A DNA stretch of 64,000 bases from an uncultured Bdellovibrio sp. (GTDB lineage: Bacteria; Bdellovibrionota; Bdellovibrionia; Bdellovibrionales; Bdellovibrionaceae). Positions 32,587 to 41,962 of the stretch are shown here, piece after piece. The translations under genes were made by a program, and so were the position numbers. How positions within the stretch are numbered: the stretch's first letter is position 1; each line of letters starts with the position of its first letter. Below the pieces are notes generated by a model. It made no database searches, was not told the DNA's origin, and saw only the letters and a program-made list of their open reading frames with translations. The DNA lies in the NCBI GenBank assembly GCA_963932905.1, contig CAWVRN010000001.1, positions 192,001-256,000 on the forward strand, read 5' to 3'.

Positions 32587-33405
32587 ATGAAAATGGAATT
32601 CGAAAAAATTTCTGGTGCTAAGAACATTTTTCTATTCACTCAAAAGACGGCTTTAAATGCAGAAGCTCAACAAAGATTAATTAAAAAAGTTTGTGATCCC
32701 TATGAGGGATTCTTTGCCGACGGCGTTGTTTTCATGGAACAACTCAATGGTTCTGAATTCAAATGGCACTTTTTTAATTCGGATGGCTCTAGCGCTGAAA
32801 TGTGCGGGAATGCCGCTCGCTGTGCACATAAGTTTATTCAATTAAAGTATGGGAATTTGGAATCGGTTTCGATTCAGACATTATCAGGAAAAATTACGTC
32901 AACGTTTAAGAATAATCTCTTTCATGTTCAAATGACGACGCCCAATCGCACGAGTGAACTAAAAATGGATGTGTCGTTCTTTGAATCGGAAGTAGATTTT
33001 ACTGCATTTAAAAAAGTAGCTTCGGCAGACGTGTATTTCGCCGACACGGGCGTTCCCCATCTGGTTATTCCGGTTAGTCAGTGGGATGAAGCTTTAAAAT
33101 TAAAAGCGACGTGGTTGTTTTTAAGAAAGCATAAACATTTTGAAAAGGGAACGAACGTAACGTTAGTTCAAAACCAAAATGATGGATCTACAAAAGCGAT
33201 TTCGTTTGAACGCGGAGTTGATGATTTTACGCAAGCTTGTGGTACAGGCGCAACGGCCGCTGCTTTGTACGTTAAACATAAAGAAAATAAAAAATTGGTT
33301 ACGATCGCAATGCCTGGTGGACAACTGAGGGTGGATTTAAATCAAGATTCACCGGTTCTGATCGGCGAAGCAGTTGATATCGGCCAAGTGATTGTAAATA
33401 TATAA
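32587..33405 (+). CDS. dapF: diaminopimelate epimerase
   Basis: NSDGSSAEMCGNAARC, TGVPH, ERGV..TQACGTGA. Start taken at ATG 32587. Confidence 0.93.
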   Translation: MKMEFEKISGAKNIFLFTQKTALNAEAQQRLIKKVCDPYEGFFADGVVFMEQLNGSEFKWHFFNSDGSSAEMCGNAARCAHKFIQLKYGNLESVSIQTLSGKITSTFKNNLFHVQMTTPNRTSELKMDVSFFESEVDFTAFKKVASADVYFADTGVPHLVIPVSQWDEALKLKATWLFLRKHKHFEKGTNVTLVQNQNDGSTKAISFERGVDDFTQACGTGATAAALYVKHKENKKLVTIAMPGGQLRVDLNQDSPVLIGEAVDIGQVIVNI

Positions 33406-33417
33406 AAGGAGTTAGCT

Positions 33418-34302
33418 ATGTCTTCACAATTTAAAGGTGTTTTCACCGCTCTAATCACACCATTCAAAAATCAAAAGATTGATTACGCAAGTTTAGAAAA
33501 GCTAGTTAAGCAGCAGCTTGCTGGTAAAATCGAAGGATTTGTGGTTAACGGCACCACCGCCGAATCGCCAAATCTTAAGGATGAAGATGTCGCCGAGTTA
33601 TTTAAGAAAATCAAATCATGGACTAAAGGAAATGTTCCTTTAATTCTGGGAACTGGATCAAACTCAACCGAAAAAACAGTAGAGAATACTCGACAAGCTG
33701 GTGAAATGGGTGCAGACGCGGCTCTAGTCGTAGTTCCTTACTACAACAAGCCACCGCAACAAGGTTTGTATATGCATTTTAAAACCGTGGCAGAGGCTTC
33801 AAAAATTCCAGTTATTTTATACAATGTTCCGGGGCGTACGATCACTAGCCTAGAACCAGAAACAGTATCTAGATTAGCGGAGGTTAAAAATGTTATCGGT
33901 ATCAAAGAGGCTACTGGTAATATGGAAATCGAAAGAAAAATTATTGAAAAAACTCACAAAGATTTTGTGATGCTCTCTGGTGACGACGGCACCTATGCAG
34001 AGTTCCTAAAAAACAAAGGCCACGGGGTGATTTCAGTGGCGACGCACGTAATTCCAGAAGCGTTTGTTAACATCACAAATTTTGCAAGAAAAGGTCAGCA
34101 TGTTGAAGCCGAAGCATTATTAAAAAAATACAAGACACTGATCGACTTATTGTTTATCGAAGCCAATCCAATCCCAGTTAAGCGCGCGATGCAATTCATG
34201 GGTATTATCGAATCAGCGGAATTACGGTTACCTCTTGTAGAGATGTCGCCAGAAGGAAGCGAAAAATTAAAAGCGGAAATGAAAAACCTAGGTTTAGTTT
34301 AG
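33418..34302 (+). CDS. dapA: 4-hydroxy-tetrahydrodipicolinate synthase
   Basis: ALITPF, GTTAE, PYYNKP, LYNVPGRT, GIKEA, NPIPVK. Confidence 0.97.
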   Translation: MSSQFKGVFTALITPFKNQKIDYASLEKLVKQQLAGKIEGFVVNGTTAESPNLKDEDVAELFKKIKSWTKGNVPLILGTGSNSTEKTVENTRQAGEMGADAALVVVPYYNKPPQQGLYMHFKTVAEASKIPVILYNVPGRTITSLEPETVSRLAEVKNVIGIKEATGNMEIERKIIEKTHKDFVMLSGDDGTYAEFLKNKGHGVISVATHVIPEAFVNITNFARKGQHVEAEALLKKYKTLIDLLFIEANPIPVKRAMQFMGIIESAELRLPLVEMSPEGSEKLKAEMKNLGLV

Positions 34303-34303
34303 T

Positions 34304-35002
34304 ATGAAGCAATTAAAAGTCGGTGTTGTTGGTGCGTCTGGAAAAATGGGTAAAGAACTTCGTCATGTTATTTGCGAAGCTGGGTTTATTCCTTTTTTAG
34401 GAATGTATAATTCCAAAAAACCAGAAGGTTTTGAACACACAGCGAACTCTTGGGCCGATAAAAAAGCGGAAGAGGTAGATTTGTGGATCGATTTCTCGCT
34501 GCCAGAAGCATTTGATCAAGCCATCAAGGCGATGGCAAAATTTAAGAAGCCGATCGTTTCAGGAACAACAGGAATTTCGGTTGCACAGAAAGAACTTTTG
34601 AAAGAAGCATCTGCTCAAGCGCCCATATTGTGGTCATCGAACATGAGCGTTGGTGTTGCGTTCGTAAATAAAATCCTTAGCCAGTTCAAAGACATCAAAG
34701 ATTTCGATTTCCAAATTGAAGAACTGCATCACAAACATAAAAAAGATGCTCCAAGTGGGACCGCGAAAACGATGCAGGAAAATTTAGAAGCTGCGGTCGG
34801 AAAAAAAGTTCCGCCTACGCTAAGTATTCGTGGCGGCGGAATTTTTGGTGTTCACCGTATTTGGGCCATGTCCGATCAAGAAGTGATTACTGTTGAACAT
34901 CAGGCGCTGAATCGTCGAGTTTTTGCCGAAGGTGCGCTTAAAGCTGGATTATCGATATTAAATAAGGGACCTGGCCTTTATTCTATGAAAGATATATTCT
35001 AG
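34304..35002 (+). CDS. dapB: 4-hydroxy-tetrahydrodipicolinate reductase
   Basis: GASGKMG, GTTG, EELHHKHKKDAPSGTA. Confidence 0.96.
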   Translation: MKQLKVGVVGASGKMGKELRHVICEAGFIPFLGMYNSKKPEGFEHTANSWADKKAEEVDLWIDFSLPEAFDQAIKAMAKFKKPIVSGTTGISVAQKELLKEASAQAPILWSSNMSVGVAFVNKILSQFKDIKDFDFQIEELHHKHKKDAPSGTAKTMQENLEAAVGKKVPPTLSIRGGGIFGVHRIWAMSDQEVITVEHQALNRRVFAEGALKAGLSILNKGPGLYSMKDIF

Positions 35003-35011
35003 AATAGATTC

Positions 35012-35485
35012 ATGAATGTTTGTCTTTTCGCCTTTCGATTTAAGGTAAGTACAAAGGAAGAACGGATTATCCGTATTCTTGGTGATTTTCACAGATTGTT
35101 TAGAATTAAAAACATTTCGTCAGTTTATAAAAAAACAAGCGATGAAGCAACGACCAGGCTTGATGAAGAGATGTCGTTTGCAATCACTACTGAAACTGCT
35201 TTGAATGTCGAAAATTTACTTGCAGCCAAGACGGCACTGCAAGGTTCCGACTTTAAAGTCGATCTTTTGGTGTATAACAATGAAATTCAATGGACTCCCG
35301 AGCTTCCACTGCCGTCGCCGCTTCTACATTTTGATCCGTTAGTGTTACACTGTTGTGCTGAAATCGCACCGGCGTATGTTCATCCGATCTTAAAAGAAGA
35401 TCTGAAGACATTAGATATCAATAATATCCGGACTGACTTCGAGTTTCTGTTCCAAGGCAAAATATATATTGATCAACTTACCTAA
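35012..35485 (+). CDS. degenerate HPPK (FolK)-fold protein
   Basis: Retains SSVY, T.L....LL, DLLVY, L.LPSP and EIAP...HP. Lacks GSN and the RxxDLD catalytic motif. Confidence 0.7.
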   Translation: MNVCLFAFRFKVSTKEERIIRILGDFHRLFRIKNISSVYKKTSDEATTRLDEEMSFAITTETALNVENLLAAKTALQGSDFKVDLLVYNNEIQWTPELPLPSPLLHFDPLVLHCCAEIAPAYVHPILKEDLKTLDINNIRTDFEFLFQGKIYIDQLT

Positions 35486-35505
35486 CCGTTCTTAAATAAT
35501 TAAGA

Positions 35506-35937
35506 ATGTATAAATTTTTGTTCCTTAGCCTGCTTATTTCACTCGTTGTCGGTTGTGCCGGTCCTGGTACTTATATTCATGAATCAGACATAAGTCTTAC
35601 CGAGTCGCGTAAAGCTTTAGTAAAATTGTATGGTGAGCCCAGAAGTATTTCCCAAAATGGACGCGAATTTTTGACAAACTACATGGACAAAAAAGGTCGT
35701 ATATTGGAATCAGCGAAGAAAGCAAAAGAACGACGCTATGCTCATATCAAAATCCTGGGCGAACGTCGACCTTATGACATCCTTGTGAATGTTGTCGTTC
35801 AAACCCAAGTCGATGGCAACTACGAGACTTTAGACGATGATGAAGCTTTATCTAAACAGCTTGCGGTTGAAATAAAAAAAGAACTCCTCAAAAGTCTCGA
35901 AAACCGCAATATCATTGACGATTTCAACGCGTTTTAA
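35506..35937 (+). CDS. hypothetical lipoprotein
   Basis: Lipobox VVGC. Confidence 0.7.
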   Translation: MYKFLFLSLLISLVVGCAGPGTYIHESDISLTESRKALVKLYGEPRSISQNGREFLTNYMDKKGRILESAKKAKERRYAHIKILGERRPYDILVNVVVQTQVDGNYETLDDDEALSKQLAVEIKKELLKSLENRNIIDDFNAF

Positions 35938-35953
35938 CATCCTATAAGAGTAG

Positions 35954-38113
35954 ATGAAGATACTTCGAATCGTTCTGCAAATTACTACGTTCGCTTTTAC
36001 TTTTGGTTATCCATCAAAAATGGATAATCACGTGAATATTTTTTTAAGTAAAAAAGTTTCCATCACTGTGAATAAAAGTCATCCATCTTATGTAGCGTAC
36101 GATGCCGTGAATATCAAACGCACCATCGAACTGAGTAAGCAACCGATGCGTGTTATCCAATTATCCACAGATGCTGCTGCGAATAGGCAAGATGAACAAG
36201 AAATGCTTAATCACTTTCATCCGTTGGCTAAAAAAATGGTGTTAAATCCCATAGTCATCAAAAAAGATGTCGAAGTATTTAACACCCAGGCAATAAACGA
36301 AAATTATATTCGACACACCAATCTTGAAGATAACACCGGCAAACTAAATCAAAACATTTCTCCTTGGGATCAGAAAAATTGGGTTGCAGAATTTAAACCA
36401 TATTTTAGAAAGAAAGTTCAAGAAGGAACGTTTTCCGCAAATTGGACTCAAGCAGCCAGCGACAAGAACTTGAACGCGGGTTCTGTGAATGTTGGGACTG
36501 CGCCAAAGAAAACAAAAGAAACTTTTGTTACGTTTGGACCGGCATCTTCGCCAGCAGGTAATTCGAAAAATTTTGAACCTCAACGAAAACTAGCTGCAGA
36601 AAAAGAGGTATCTGAAAAAGCTGTCTATGCAAGTGCTACGGCTACTTACGACGACGGCCCATCCGCAAATAGAATTGTTGGCATTTTTGAAATTCAAAAA
36701 GGTCTTTTGTATTCTAATGAAGATCGCATCGAAATTCGTCGATATGAAGAAGGTGTATTTCGCGAAAAAGGTTCAATTAATTTACATGATTCTACCTACG
36801 AAATTTTTCCAAATGATTTCAAGGGATTTTTGTTAGGACGAATGATTGATAAGTATGGAAAAATTAAGGGTGAAGGTGTTGTACGCGTTTCTGACTCCTT
36901 ACCTAAACAAAAAGGCACATATCAAGGCCCTAAAATTACTTTAGTGGTTAAATCTGATGTCGGCGGTCGTGCCGTTAGCTCATATAATATAAATGGTAAA
37001 AATCCACTTTCTCAGCCAGCCAAAGCATCCATCTTTCAAGGCCAAGTGGAAAAACCTGTGGGCAAAGACGGACTGATTAAATTTGATAATGTCGTTAAAA
37101 ACTCACCAACTAACATAGTCATAGAAAGTAAAGGTCACTTTGCATCTCAACAAATCATATTGGCGGGCGAGAATTTTTCAACGGAACTAATTCCTGAAAA
37201 AATGGGTACGGCTTTAAAACAAATCGTGTCTGATTTAAGACAACAAAACCTGAATGATCCAAATTTATCTGTTATTTTAGGAAAAGTAAGTTTTGATGGC
37301 CAGCCGGTATCTGGTGTCAGTTTAAAAATAGAAAACGAAAACGAAATTGAACCAATCTATTTTAATTCCCTGATGTTGCCAGATAGTAGATTAACAACGA
37401 CATCGGAAAATGGTTATTACGCATTTATTGTTGATGGTGGCGAGATGCTGACCTTGATGGCTTACCGAGGGGATAAATATTTCGGGCACATCAACACGGT
37501 GGTCAGCCCAGGTATGACTTCATTTGCTGAAATCAAGAATACAATTAAAACAGAATCAGTCGAAATCAAAGTGTACGACCCGTTTTCAGGAATGCCTGAA
37601 TTTTCTGATGTCAGTTTGCAAGGTCAGCAAGAAACAATTACGATTGAAAAAGGTATAGGCGAAGCACAGCTACCTTATTTAGGGCGCTGGAGTTTTCTAT
37701 ATTCGAACCCAATCGATAAATACGTACCGGCTCATTACACTTACGTAGAAAATTCTGACTATATATATGTGCCATTGGTTAGCAAAGAATGGGTAACTTA
37801 TCTTTTTTCAAATGCTAAATTAACATTCTATCCCGGCAGTAACTTAGTTATTGGCTTCGTGATCGATGAAGATTTTGAGGTGGATATTCCAGGTTTAGAC
37901 CAAATTAAAAACCATATCGTCTATTTTGACTATTCGGGAAAGCCGACAAGTCGAGGAACGCAAGGCGGAGGGTTTGTTCTTTATAATTTACCAGAAGGTG
38001 TTTACGAACCTCTAGTTTTCGGAACTCATTCACAGAAAATCTATTCACGAATTGCGCCTCTTAAATCAGGCGATGTCTTTATATTTACGTATAAACTTGA
38101 TGGCTCCCTGTAG
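35954..38113 (+). CDS. large hypothetical exported protein with beta-sandwich (carboxypeptidase-regulatory-like) segments
   Basis: Hydrophobic N-terminus; GKV..DGQPVSGVSL, TSENGYYAF and LYNLPEGVY patterns. Confidence 0.6.
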   Translation: MKILRIVLQITTFAFTFGYPSKMDNHVNIFLSKKVSITVNKSHPSYVAYDAVNIKRTIELSKQPMRVIQLSTDAAANRQDEQEMLNHFHPLAKKMVLNPIVIKKDVEVFNTQAINENYIRHTNLEDNTGKLNQNISPWDQKNWVAEFKPYFRKKVQEGTFSANWTQAASDKNLNAGSVNVGTAPKKTKETFVTFGPASSPAGNSKNFEPQRKLAAEKEVSEKAVYASATATYDDGPSANRIVGIFEIQKGLLYSNEDRIEIRRYEEGVFREKGSINLHDSTYEIFPNDFKGFLLGRMIDKYGKIKGEGVVRVSDSLPKQKGTYQGPKITLVVKSDVGGRAVSSYNINGKNPLSQPAKASIFQGQVEKPVGKDGLIKFDNVVKNSPTNIVIESKGHFASQQIILAGENFSTELIPEKMGTALKQIVSDLRQQNLNDPNLSVILGKVSFDGQPVSGVSLKIENENEIEPIYFNSLMLPDSRLTTTSENGYYAFIVDGGEMLTLMAYRGDKYFGHINTVVSPGMTSFAEIKNTIKTESVEIKVYDPFSGMPEFSDVSLQGQQETITIEKGIGEAQLPYLGRWSFLYSNPIDKYVPAHYTYVENSDYIYVPLVSKEWVTYLFSNAKLTFYPGSNLVIGFVIDEDFEVDIPGLDQIKNHIVYFDYSGKPTSRGTQGGGFVLYNLPEGVYEPLVFGTHSQKIYSRIAPLKSGDVFIFTYKLDGSL

Positions 38114-38138
38114 TTGTTCTTAATAACTAGTTTTTGTA

Positions 38139-38154
38139 TGGAACATTCATAGCT
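38139..38154 (+). promoter_or_regulatory. possible sigma-54 promoter
   Basis: TGGAACATTCATAGCT fits GG-N10-GC, about 225 nt upstream of the 38378 gene; the -12 element is imperfect. Confidence 0.3.
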
Positions 38155-38377
38155 AAAAATTGACGTATCCCTTTGTATAGACGAATGTTTTTGCAAACAC
38201 CACTTAGGTTTAAAAAGATTTTATTAACCGAAATGAGAATGCGCGCACTCTTAAAAAAAGCGGACAAAGGATGTCTAGACTAATAGCGAGTAAGGAAAAG
38301 GAATGTGGCCAGTTGACATTATGTCTCGTAGCTGAAAATCTTTATCTGTAAATAGAAAAATAAATTTTGGAGGTACC

Positions 38378-39916
38378 ATGGTTAAGTTCTGGTATGGCGC
38401 TATTTGCGCATCAGTCTTATTTGTCGGCGCATATTTTATGTTTGGTATGCAAGTAAAAGGCAATCATTCAGTTGGAGATGTGCCTGCGGTTGAGCAACCA
38501 GCTAATCCTATCGAGGGCTTATCACGTGTTCCTAATAGCGACGGTGATCACGAAGCCAAACTGAATGCATTTATCTACAACATCAAAACAAAAGAGGATG
38601 TAGACAAAGCGATTACTGGTATCAACGAATATGAAAAAGCTAACCCTACAAGTACGGCCGCGCAAATTTATAAAAACTTTGTCGCACCCGTTAGGCTTTT
38701 CAAAGGTATGGCCTGGAGACTGCGTTTCCTAGTAGAACCTGTCGATGCTGCCTACATCGCATCGATTTCATACTTGCGGGCATTTAAGCGCAATAGCGAT
38801 CGTCGCGCTCCACATATCGATGCACTATTTGCTTACGTAACGGAGCCAAATCCGGGTGAAAATATTGAAGGTCAAACAGGTTTGTTTAAAACAGCGGGTG
38901 ACCTTCAAGATTTTATGGCGACAAAAGTGGCCGTAGCAGTTAAAGCGCAAAACGAAGCGTACAAAAAGATTTTGATTAGCCATGGCGACAACAATGCACC
39001 GCTATTTAACTTTGATGCTGGTTTAGTGTTAGGCGAAAGCGAAGTTAAAAATACTGCTTCGCAAACAATGCGTTGGAGAAAGTTCATGCCAGGTCACCTA
39101 AAAGGATTGATGGCAAATATGTACGAGCGCATGGGATTAGGCTTGTACGTCGCAAGTTATGATTTAGAAGCGCTTCAGTATTTCATGAACACATTAACAG
39201 CACGTTCGTTGGTAGCTAAAAAAAGCACAGTTGATGCAAAAACTAAAGTCGGTAATTTAGTAACAACGGTATTCGATGTTCATCTTCAATCCCCTAAGGA
39301 AGTGAGTGAATTACTTGCCTCAATGGGTAAAGATGGCGCTAAATCAGCCAAAGGAAGATTCTTAACTCTTCGCCCGGCAGCTAAATCTGGTAAGTATTTG
39401 AACGAATCATTATCAATGATCCGCAATGCTATTAACTACCGAATTGAAGCCCACAAAGACATGGAAGCATTGGCAAACAAAGGTAACCAAAAAGAATACT
39501 TTGCGAATGCTGACTTCCTAACGTCGCGTCCGGCAATCACATTGGCAGCATTAGAAAAACGTAAAAAACTATTATTTTCAAACGGACCAACTGAATTCAA
39601 AGATCGCGTGGATAATTCGGCTTTTGAAGTAAATATCTCAGCTATGTTCAATCCAAACAATCCCTACGTGAATGATCTTAAAAAATTGTACCCAGCACCT
39701 AATCAGTTTGCAGCGACGAAAGAAACCGACGGTGGTCCTCGTGAAACATTTAAATGGAACTACGATTACGGAACTCCGCAAGCTTGGCCAGATGTCACTT
39801 TCGGTGGCGTTCTACCTAATACAAACAGCCCGGCTGATTACAAAAAGAAACTAGTTAGTATTTCGCGAGATGCTTCGACTCCAGCATTAACGTATTGGTT
39901 ACGTCTATTTATGTAA
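38378..39916 (+). CDS. hypothetical exported/membrane-anchored protein
   Basis: GGAGG RBS, N-terminal hydrophobic segment; paralogous to 53640-54890. Confidence 0.75.
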   Translation: MVKFWYGAICASVLFVGAYFMFGMQVKGNHSVGDVPAVEQPANPIEGLSRVPNSDGDHEAKLNAFIYNIKTKEDVDKAITGINEYEKANPTSTAAQIYKNFVAPVRLFKGMAWRLRFLVEPVDAAYIASISYLRAFKRNSDRRAPHIDALFAYVTEPNPGENIEGQTGLFKTAGDLQDFMATKVAVAVKAQNEAYKKILISHGDNNAPLFNFDAGLVLGESEVKNTASQTMRWRKFMPGHLKGLMANMYERMGLGLYVASYDLEALQYFMNTLTARSLVAKKSTVDAKTKVGNLVTTVFDVHLQSPKEVSELLASMGKDGAKSAKGRFLTLRPAAKSGKYLNESLSMIRNAINYRIEAHKDMEALANKGNQKEYFANADFLTSRPAITLAALEKRKKLLFSNGPTEFKDRVDNSAFEVNISAMFNPNNPYVNDLKKLYPAPNQFAATKETDGGPRETFKWNYDYGTPQAWPDVTFGGVLPNTNSPADYKKKLVSISRDASTPALTYWLRLFM

Positions 39917-40562
39917 CCCTAAGAAGTCCTCGAATATACTTCGAGGACTTGTCTTGAACGTACGAGAAATTCTTTAGAGCTCGCTCCCCATCAAAAAATT
40001 CATTTTGATTGTACTTAAATTCCACAATTTTTAGGTCGTCGGGCTCTTCATTCCAAATGATCGAATGGACCGCTTTATGTAAAATTCGCTCATCTAAAGT
40101 TAGCCGCACTCTCTCATTCGCAGAAATAAAGTACGAACGGTAGTAGCGATTATATAAACTAGGAACTAAGTGTGACAAAGATTCCTGCAGTTGTGCTGGA
40201 GCTGTGGTGTGCTTCATAATATCGATCAAAGATATATTCTTATCTAAGTGAATATCATAGGAAACCGGAAACGAGAGCTTAGTTCCAACGGTTCCTTCTT
40301 TTTTTTTAATTTCTAGCACGGGGTTGGTGATTTTTTCAAAATCGCCATACCAGCGCAGGCGCACCTTAGCGCGTTGAGGGTAGCCATAAATGTGGTCGTG
40401 GAAACAATCTAAATCTAGGGTATCAAAATACAGGTTATTCACCGTTCTGGGTGTAAAAAGAGGACGGAACATTAATGGATTTAAGTGAATTTCATTTAGT
40501 AGATTAGAGACAGACGAATCTTTTACAACGATTTTAGTTTCATAGCGCCAGATATCACTCAT
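39909..40562 (-). CDS. VTC-domain (polyphosphate polymerase-like) protein
   Basis: RYETK, NNLYFDT, RAKVRLRWY, LEIKKK, YYRSYF, RLTLD, VEFKY, SKY. Confidence 0.88.
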   Translation of the reverse strand: MSDIWRYETKIVVKDSSVSNLLNEIHLNPLMFRPLFTPRTVNNLYFDTLDLDCFHDHIYGYPQRAKVRLRWYGDFEKITNPVLEIKKKEGTVGTKLSFPVSYDIHLDKNISLIDIMKHTTAPAQLQESLSHLVPSLYNRYYRSYFISANERVRLTLDERILHKAVHSIIWNEEPDDLKIVEFKYNQNEFFDGERALKNFSYVQDKSSKYIRGLLRVT

Positions 40563-41274
40563 AAAACTCCCGAAGGTTCACGGGTAAAAAGTGGGAAATG
40601 GATAAATTTCCGTCATTGTCCTTTTGGTAATAGACTGAAACCTCGGTGACCCATTTGCCTTTATTGTCTATATTACTTTCGTCAATAATCTTTTTCCATT
40701 TACCAGAAACCGACTTAAAGTCTTTGTCATTTAGTGCTTCGGCAATAGTGAGGGAATCAAGATCGTCATTATTTGGAAGATCTATTTTAAAATACGAATG
40801 GCGATGAAGTCCGTTTGTTTTCAAATTTACAAGCTGAGTATCATGACTGTCTTTGATAACTCCGGACGCTAGCTGAGTGGTAAGGTCAACATAGGATTTT
40901 GCCGCCTTAGTCGGTGATAGCAGCATAAACGGATTTGTATCTTCCTCTGACGTAATAAAGTAACTTAACAAATCGCGACTGACATCGCTTAAAGGCTCGG
41001 GCATGGAACTGATTTTTATTGGAATAGATTTCTGGCCAAGTAGAATTTTAGCATTCAATTCAGAAATGTCCATCAAAGGTGTGTTGAATTCGTTTTCTGA
41101 TTTAGCAAAGTATTCTAATTTTCTTTGCGTAATAAAGTCTAATGACAAATTGTAGTCGCGATCTTCTGGCATATTTGAAGAAATAGCTAAGCCAATATAG
41201 GCAGTTAAGGAAAACAAAACTAGGCAAGCTAACCACCCGCCCGAGTATTTGCGAAGTTGAGCCCTATGTTTCAA
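40555..41274 (-). CDS. membrane-anchored hypothetical protein, possibly a truncated CotH-like protein
   Basis: One N-terminal TM. VNLKTNGLHRHSY resembles the CotH V.L.vNG...G.Y motif. Lies between the DUF4956 and VTC genes. Confidence 0.45.
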   Translation of the reverse strand: MKHRAQLRKYSGGWLACLVLFSLTAYIGLAISSNMPEDRDYNLSLDFITQRKLEYFAKSENEFNTPLMDISELNAKILLGQKSIPIKISSMPEPLSDVSRDLLSYFITSEEDTNPFMLLSPTKAAKSYVDLTTQLASGVIKDSHDTQLVNLKTNGLHRHSYFKIDLPNNDDLDSLTIAEALNDKDFKSVSGKWKKIIDESNIDNKGKWVTEVSVYYQKDNDGNLSISHFLPVNLREFYE

Positions 41275-41960
41275 TCAAATAATCCCTGATATTCCATCAT
41301 GTTAATGTTCCAGTCGGGAATTTGCTTTCTCAAATTATCACGGAGGGATTGCACGTTGGCTATATCTTTGAATTCAACCAGGAATGATAGTTCGGATGCG
41401 CCCGCATTTTCTGACACACGCTTTAAATTCCAACGAACGGAATGTTGAGGCAATAACTCTGAAACAACTTTCAGGGGTGTTTCTGTTGATTTGCTTGAAG
41501 TTAAAAGTAAATGCATGCTAGTCGATCCAGCCCACTTAAATTGGCGCATGCGGAAAATAATAAATCCAGCCAGAATGATAAAAAATCCGATCAACGTGAT
41601 TTTCTTTTGATCAGCCCCCATTCCCAAACCGACGGCAATGGAAATGAATAAAAATGATAGTTCTTCAGGATCTTTGATCGCTGTTCTAAATCGAACGATG
41701 GACAGCGCGCCGACCAACCCCAGAGAAAGTGCTAAGGACGACTTTACGACTGTGATCACCAGCATAGTGGCCATCGCTGTTAAAATAAAATTTGTCGCAA
41801 ACACCGAGCGATTAGAGTGAGACTTGCCAAACTTTGAGTACGCCCATGCCAATAGCGTTCCCATGATCCCCGTAATACCAAGTCCGATGATGAATTGTCC
41901 CAGATCAACTTGCGGTACCTGATTTGTTAAATAGTCCTCAAAAGTTCTTACAGCGCTCAT
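41271..41960 (-). CDS. DUF4956 family membrane protein
   Basis: Signature SSLALSLGLVGALSIVRFRTAIKDP and GLGMG, plus an ACT-like C-terminal domain. Confidence 0.92.
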   Translation of the reverse strand: MSAVRTFEDYLTNQVPQVDLGQFIIGLGITGIMGTLLAWAYSKFGKSHSNRSVFATNFILTAMATMLVITVVKSSLALSLGLVGALSIVRFRTAIKDPEELSFLFISIAVGLGMGADQKKITLIGFFIILAGFIIFRMRQFKWAGSTSMHLLLTSSKSTETPLKVVSELLPQHSVRWNLKRVSENAGASELSFLVEFKDIANVQSLRDNLRKQIPDWNINMMEYQGLFD

Positions 41961-41962
41961 CT

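Noticed and set aside
36161..36169. Perfect DnaA box TTATCCACA
   Set aside because: Single copy inside a CDS with no box cluster or AT-rich unwinding element; oriC is probably upstream of the window.
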